From IMG/VR virus record IMGVR_UViG_3300045988_107814, positions 32,001-96,000 of that record: 64,000 bases of DNA. One strand, 5' to 3'. The notes under the pieces are model-generated. The model was not told the origin of the DNA. It did no database searches and worked only from the letters and a program-made list of their open reading frames with translations. Of this stretch, positions 63,101 through 64,000 are shown piece by piece. The number at the start of each line of letters is the position of its first letter. Positions within the stretch are counted from its first letter, which is position 1. Position numbers and translations under genes: made by a program. This DNA comes from a virus.

Positions 63101-64000
63101 TTTGGTGATATGATTAGAACTTCTGTTAAGGCTGCTGGAATAATTGCTATTGCATCTGTAATACCTGGTGGTATCTTTGCAGTTGGTGGCTTTAAACTTG
63201 CCAAGTCTATTAATAAACATTTCGATCTTACTGGAAAAGCTAAACGTCTAACTAAAAAAGGTATTAATAAAGTATCTATGGGTGTTAAGAATAAGCTAGG
63301 TTCTCATGACTTAGATATGCAATCTAGACACCAAAAGAAAAAAGAAAAGAAATATAATAAGAAAGCTAATAAAGCATTAAATGAAGCTATAGAACACAAC
63401 GATCCTAGACTTGATCAAATTGCTCAAGAACAATTTGGACAGAATTATGCTGATCTAGAAAGAAAGCAAAAATATACAGTAAATGATATATTTAGAGAAG
63501 AGGTTAAAAACGAAAAAAGATCTTGGCAAGCTTCTGGTCATGGTTTAGTTGGTAATATAAAAGCTATTGGTAAAAATATGGGCACACTTAAAACTAAAGC
63601 ATTTAATGCAGCCAAAGCTCTAAAAGAAAAGGAACAAGAGAAAGATAACTTTATTGGTAAATTCTTTAATAAATTAGACAAATGGAAAATTAAAAATGAT
63701 AAACGTAAATTTGAAGGCAAGTCCAATCCATTAACTAAAATAATTAAATGGTTATTTGTTGGTGGCATTGCTACTCCTATTCTTGTAGGATTTGTTAAAG
63801 ACAAGATTATGCCAGCAATACATGATAAGATTCAACCATGGTTAAAGAAAGCTGGAGAAAAGATAATTGGTAAAAAGAATCAACAGACTGGTGAATATGA
63901 AGGCGGTATTGTATCTGGTATAGTAAATCCAATTAGAAACTTCTTTAAAGATAAATTCCAAACTATACACGACTGGTTCCATAATGATGGTAAATTTACA
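57170..64000 (+). CDS. giant virion protein, 5' partial (at least 2277 codons): tape-measure/ejection-protein-like
   Basis: Manual translation from the ATG at 57170 (AAAGGAGG upstream) shows no in-frame stop up to the window end. It is missing from the ORF track only because it has no stop within the window. It has long coiled-coil K/E-rich stretches and Gly-zipper hydrophobic clusters (GGGLGLLVGGPLLGAAVGAAS, FGIGGAIAGLITPLGPLGGILAGSALGFA, IGAGAIIGAIAMPGPFGLLGNALIGATAGYI). Confidence 0.8.
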   Translation, partial: MAVSVQKYMKNMIKSVAYGTSDVLSEKFEYVRDFKEENQEVFKEAYSAVKDYKNTYARIKKAIVNNKVMDAARIGYDSMLYSITTGDFYAKSKEAEVMDKYGGDILDGFDVDNEDFDWDNEDLSTGDKVIATAIKKNGKVGTALTIEAVSQTGKAQMDVAKENTMLLYTQNERMLNKLDTGFTNIMGFLKQNGEQTAKIQNQMNDNLNKFMTHVDNNVEKLTKQMDELLQMQRNIYNGPEQKEKKHKIGYDDIISNKGVINIKEYGKQIKKQAFEAANNLSGGMLSQMFGESISGSNLLATAASTLPRDILKGMINKALGAKFDQAAKELDTTLQGIIPTLMSKANAAGRGDNKILSFLGKIFGIKDKKNEKVETDKYNRGAIPFDGVTKRAITDVIPYYLRKMTASMTGKPEMVYDYQSGRWTTMRGIKQEHEKTMTMAKDRTTGLLLNILESNMGGRRISDSFKTKDEYDKFMKALESYSSRLLSAGDFGSIKESELDSSAQEEIHKALRYVMRLDDDTGKDRRFTKGANGKKTSSGLGRSSIGSLSTILREYKNAQNAAIKAINDGDSTLRLINAEGLDRISYESYSDKAGANKYGDLDQRYIQDLPITQVLLRGKDEYGVSMYQYLRDMGKSLRFIKANSVYLAGINGTGIGDELSEEKWKSIFESNGSGEGLSYSDDKPAKYALEYYKEQHKEIKRKEEKGYESRIARAKNRAEQKGESFYVADDFYSFSSKDGKTGLKKIITTQEESKIAKTIKEEEKERLKKEKERWANITDIVGEDSAKLLKDASDDFDSSESLSKNMSKVKDKGFAANLMMFAKWATNKVGNPANAAADAVIKVDYWLQKLIYGEDLKSDDKKTGFFTRVKDSIKDGFKTVTDKIQEGFDTLKEKLKPLKEKYLDPILEKVSNTLFGTKDGDGIRSGGILGGFIGGIQKGIRKNTADVERYAKEKAKKFGNKAKQIFNISEEPKATPPKPEQKKVEPLTVLTPGQVKFKEKIQNTKDQIYKLRSAISSSMKYIKELEDKISYISDGLKTFSKKNVEYYSEEQYKLDKQERTAYQIQLNEEKAKLKKLKNTLSKKIKTYNSMVKHALSIGINDFQLIDENGADVKTMAVGGVNKTGKSFQSVLSAGELHNGVPVRSMGIYTINPGDTVVNPASASTRSRQARAEKNYLNNIKRNAEANQKLSPDEQVPSETEQKEDPNKFAELMTNKDWTELTDKKQRAEFLGNVASRGLIGGGLGLLVGGPLLGAAVGAASSLTKSTDAFSSLLFGDAIKDKDGNVQVDEDGKIVRSDNGLISKEIMKAMPDVKKFGIGGAIAGLITPLGPLGGILAGSALGFAKNSEIFQGSLFGDGGIFSDKNVNKLKKGAKNIGAGAIIGAIAMPGPFGLLGNALIGATAGYITSTDKFKDALLGEKSDPNDPNSKRQGGIVGGIKDALRPMKDFGLHLRDNIMDEIFGKDEGDGRKGGLFGAIRDNMVTPIIEGGKSVFQTLQNNVSDMAHLLGDAYKKFRANHAGNDFFGGLIEKADKLTGGAIKGAGSIGRAMTKPFRLLGDDGIGGMLTARRIKNGTEIGKSATQRNIFRTKHNLGIGDKYAKADQVMANMSREDLLMAQSLLEFGDNTDMIDQARDNDYAILGQELRKNLNRSDAKKVIKLIKDGNIAEAQKFARTRKVSDDSKKNVESLISNHQYKLDQYKSTKKRIESLGKDSQTILKDLGLKVDTKDPKSVRYLKKQLSKEIAHQDAGLTDEEIAFKKQEEMWKGKDSPLTVVNTGVTTVVELLQQIKLGNEYDNLPASEKAKYSKTEYINSHKTTADTETQVKKTAVGKGVQPSVAVNPQANLYKKMEDIKNEEYMKSLKEVSDRGVKIFNNLVAEDLRDPEKIEFDIAAQYSVSEDGSDGKPKYEPNKKLIRNIKITRFKKTYEFDVTYTCNEKGDVSLTTDQEETFTIARDSFVSEYMRKFIPKDRKEIIKNMNFGDMIRTSVKAAGIIAIASVIPGGIFAVGGFKLAKSINKHFDLTGKAKRLTKKGINKVSMGVKNKLGSHDLDMQSRHQKKKEKKYNKKANKALNEAIEHNDPRLDQIAQEQFGQNYADLERKQKYTVNDIFREEVKNEKRSWQASGHGLVGNIKAIGKNMGTLKTKAFNAAKALKEKEQEKDNFIGKFFNKLDKWKIKNDKRKFEGKSNPLTKIIKWLFVGGIATPILVGFVKDKIMPAIHDKIQPWLKKAGEKIIGKKNQQTGEYEGGIVSGIVNPIRNFFKDKFQTIHDWFHNDGKFT

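Noticed and set aside
57170-64000. Stop-codon reassignment (TAG or TGA recoding, as in some gut megaphages and crAss-like phages), suspected because the ORF track shows no plus-strand ORF for almost 7 kb.
   Set aside because: Manual translation from the ATG at 57170 shows one uninterrupted standard-code frame to the window end. The track simply omits ORFs that lack a stop inside the window. All other genes terminate normally with TAA, TAG or TGA.
1-64000. crAss-like podovirus identity, my first impression from the AT-rich gut-phage look and the giant ORF.
   Set aside because: The window encodes a contractile-tail sheath, a gp25-like baseplate protein, and cellular-type split beta-prime subunits with a DYDGD loop. 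These point to a jumbo myovirus of the phiKZ/AR9 kind.
1-64000. A CRISPR array, integrase, transposase or other mobile-element hallmarks.
   Set aside because: I saw no regularly spaced direct repeats and no recombinase-like motifs. The only repeats are intragenic duplications and the shared leaders described above.

Overview
This is an AT-rich (about 30% GC by eye), densely coding fragment of a large contractile-tailed dsDNA phage. It resembles phiKZ/AR9-type jumbo phages rather than a bacterial chromosome. The host is probably an anaerobic low-GC Gram-positive bacterium, judging from the canonical GGAGG Shine-Dalgarno sites on almost every gene, nrdD, a PF06541-type membrane protein and Clostridia-style fibre repeats.

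Recognisable genes:
- Nucleotide metabolism: an anaerobic ribonucleotide reductase (nrdD) whose frame is cut inside a conserved motif by a group I intron-like sequence at the left edge of the window.
- Replication: a family B DNA polymerase split into an exonuclease + motif A gene (36150..38192, -) and a motif B/C gene (54409..56508, +); a zinc-ribbon/TOPRIM primase; an SF2 helicase; a MYG1/DHH-family hydrolase.
- Transcription: two separate beta-prime fragments of a phage multisubunit RNA polymerase (18758..20560 carries the DYDGD catalytic motif; 51415..53637 carries the trigger-loop region).
- Virion: gp25-like baseplate protein, tail-fibre cluster, tail sheath, putative tube, portal, scaffold-like acidic repeat protein, putative major capsid protein.
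- A standard-code ORF of at least 2277 codons (57170 onward) that runs off the right edge. I read it as a tape-measure or ejection-like protein.

Genes sit in 12 alternating strand blocks, most of them bounded by clear hairpin + T-tract terminators.

Main non-coding signals:
- An AACA-N6-TAAT motif sits 18-75 nt upstream of at least 11 genes. It matches, as I recall it, the AR9 non-virion RNAP late-promoter consensus.
- A second conserved promoter/leader of about 150 nt is shared by two small cassettes that are inserted against the direction of their neighbours (34255..35520 and 56515..57085).

I found no tRNA, rRNA, CRISPR array, transposase or integrase. About half of the proteins have no function I can recognise by eye.
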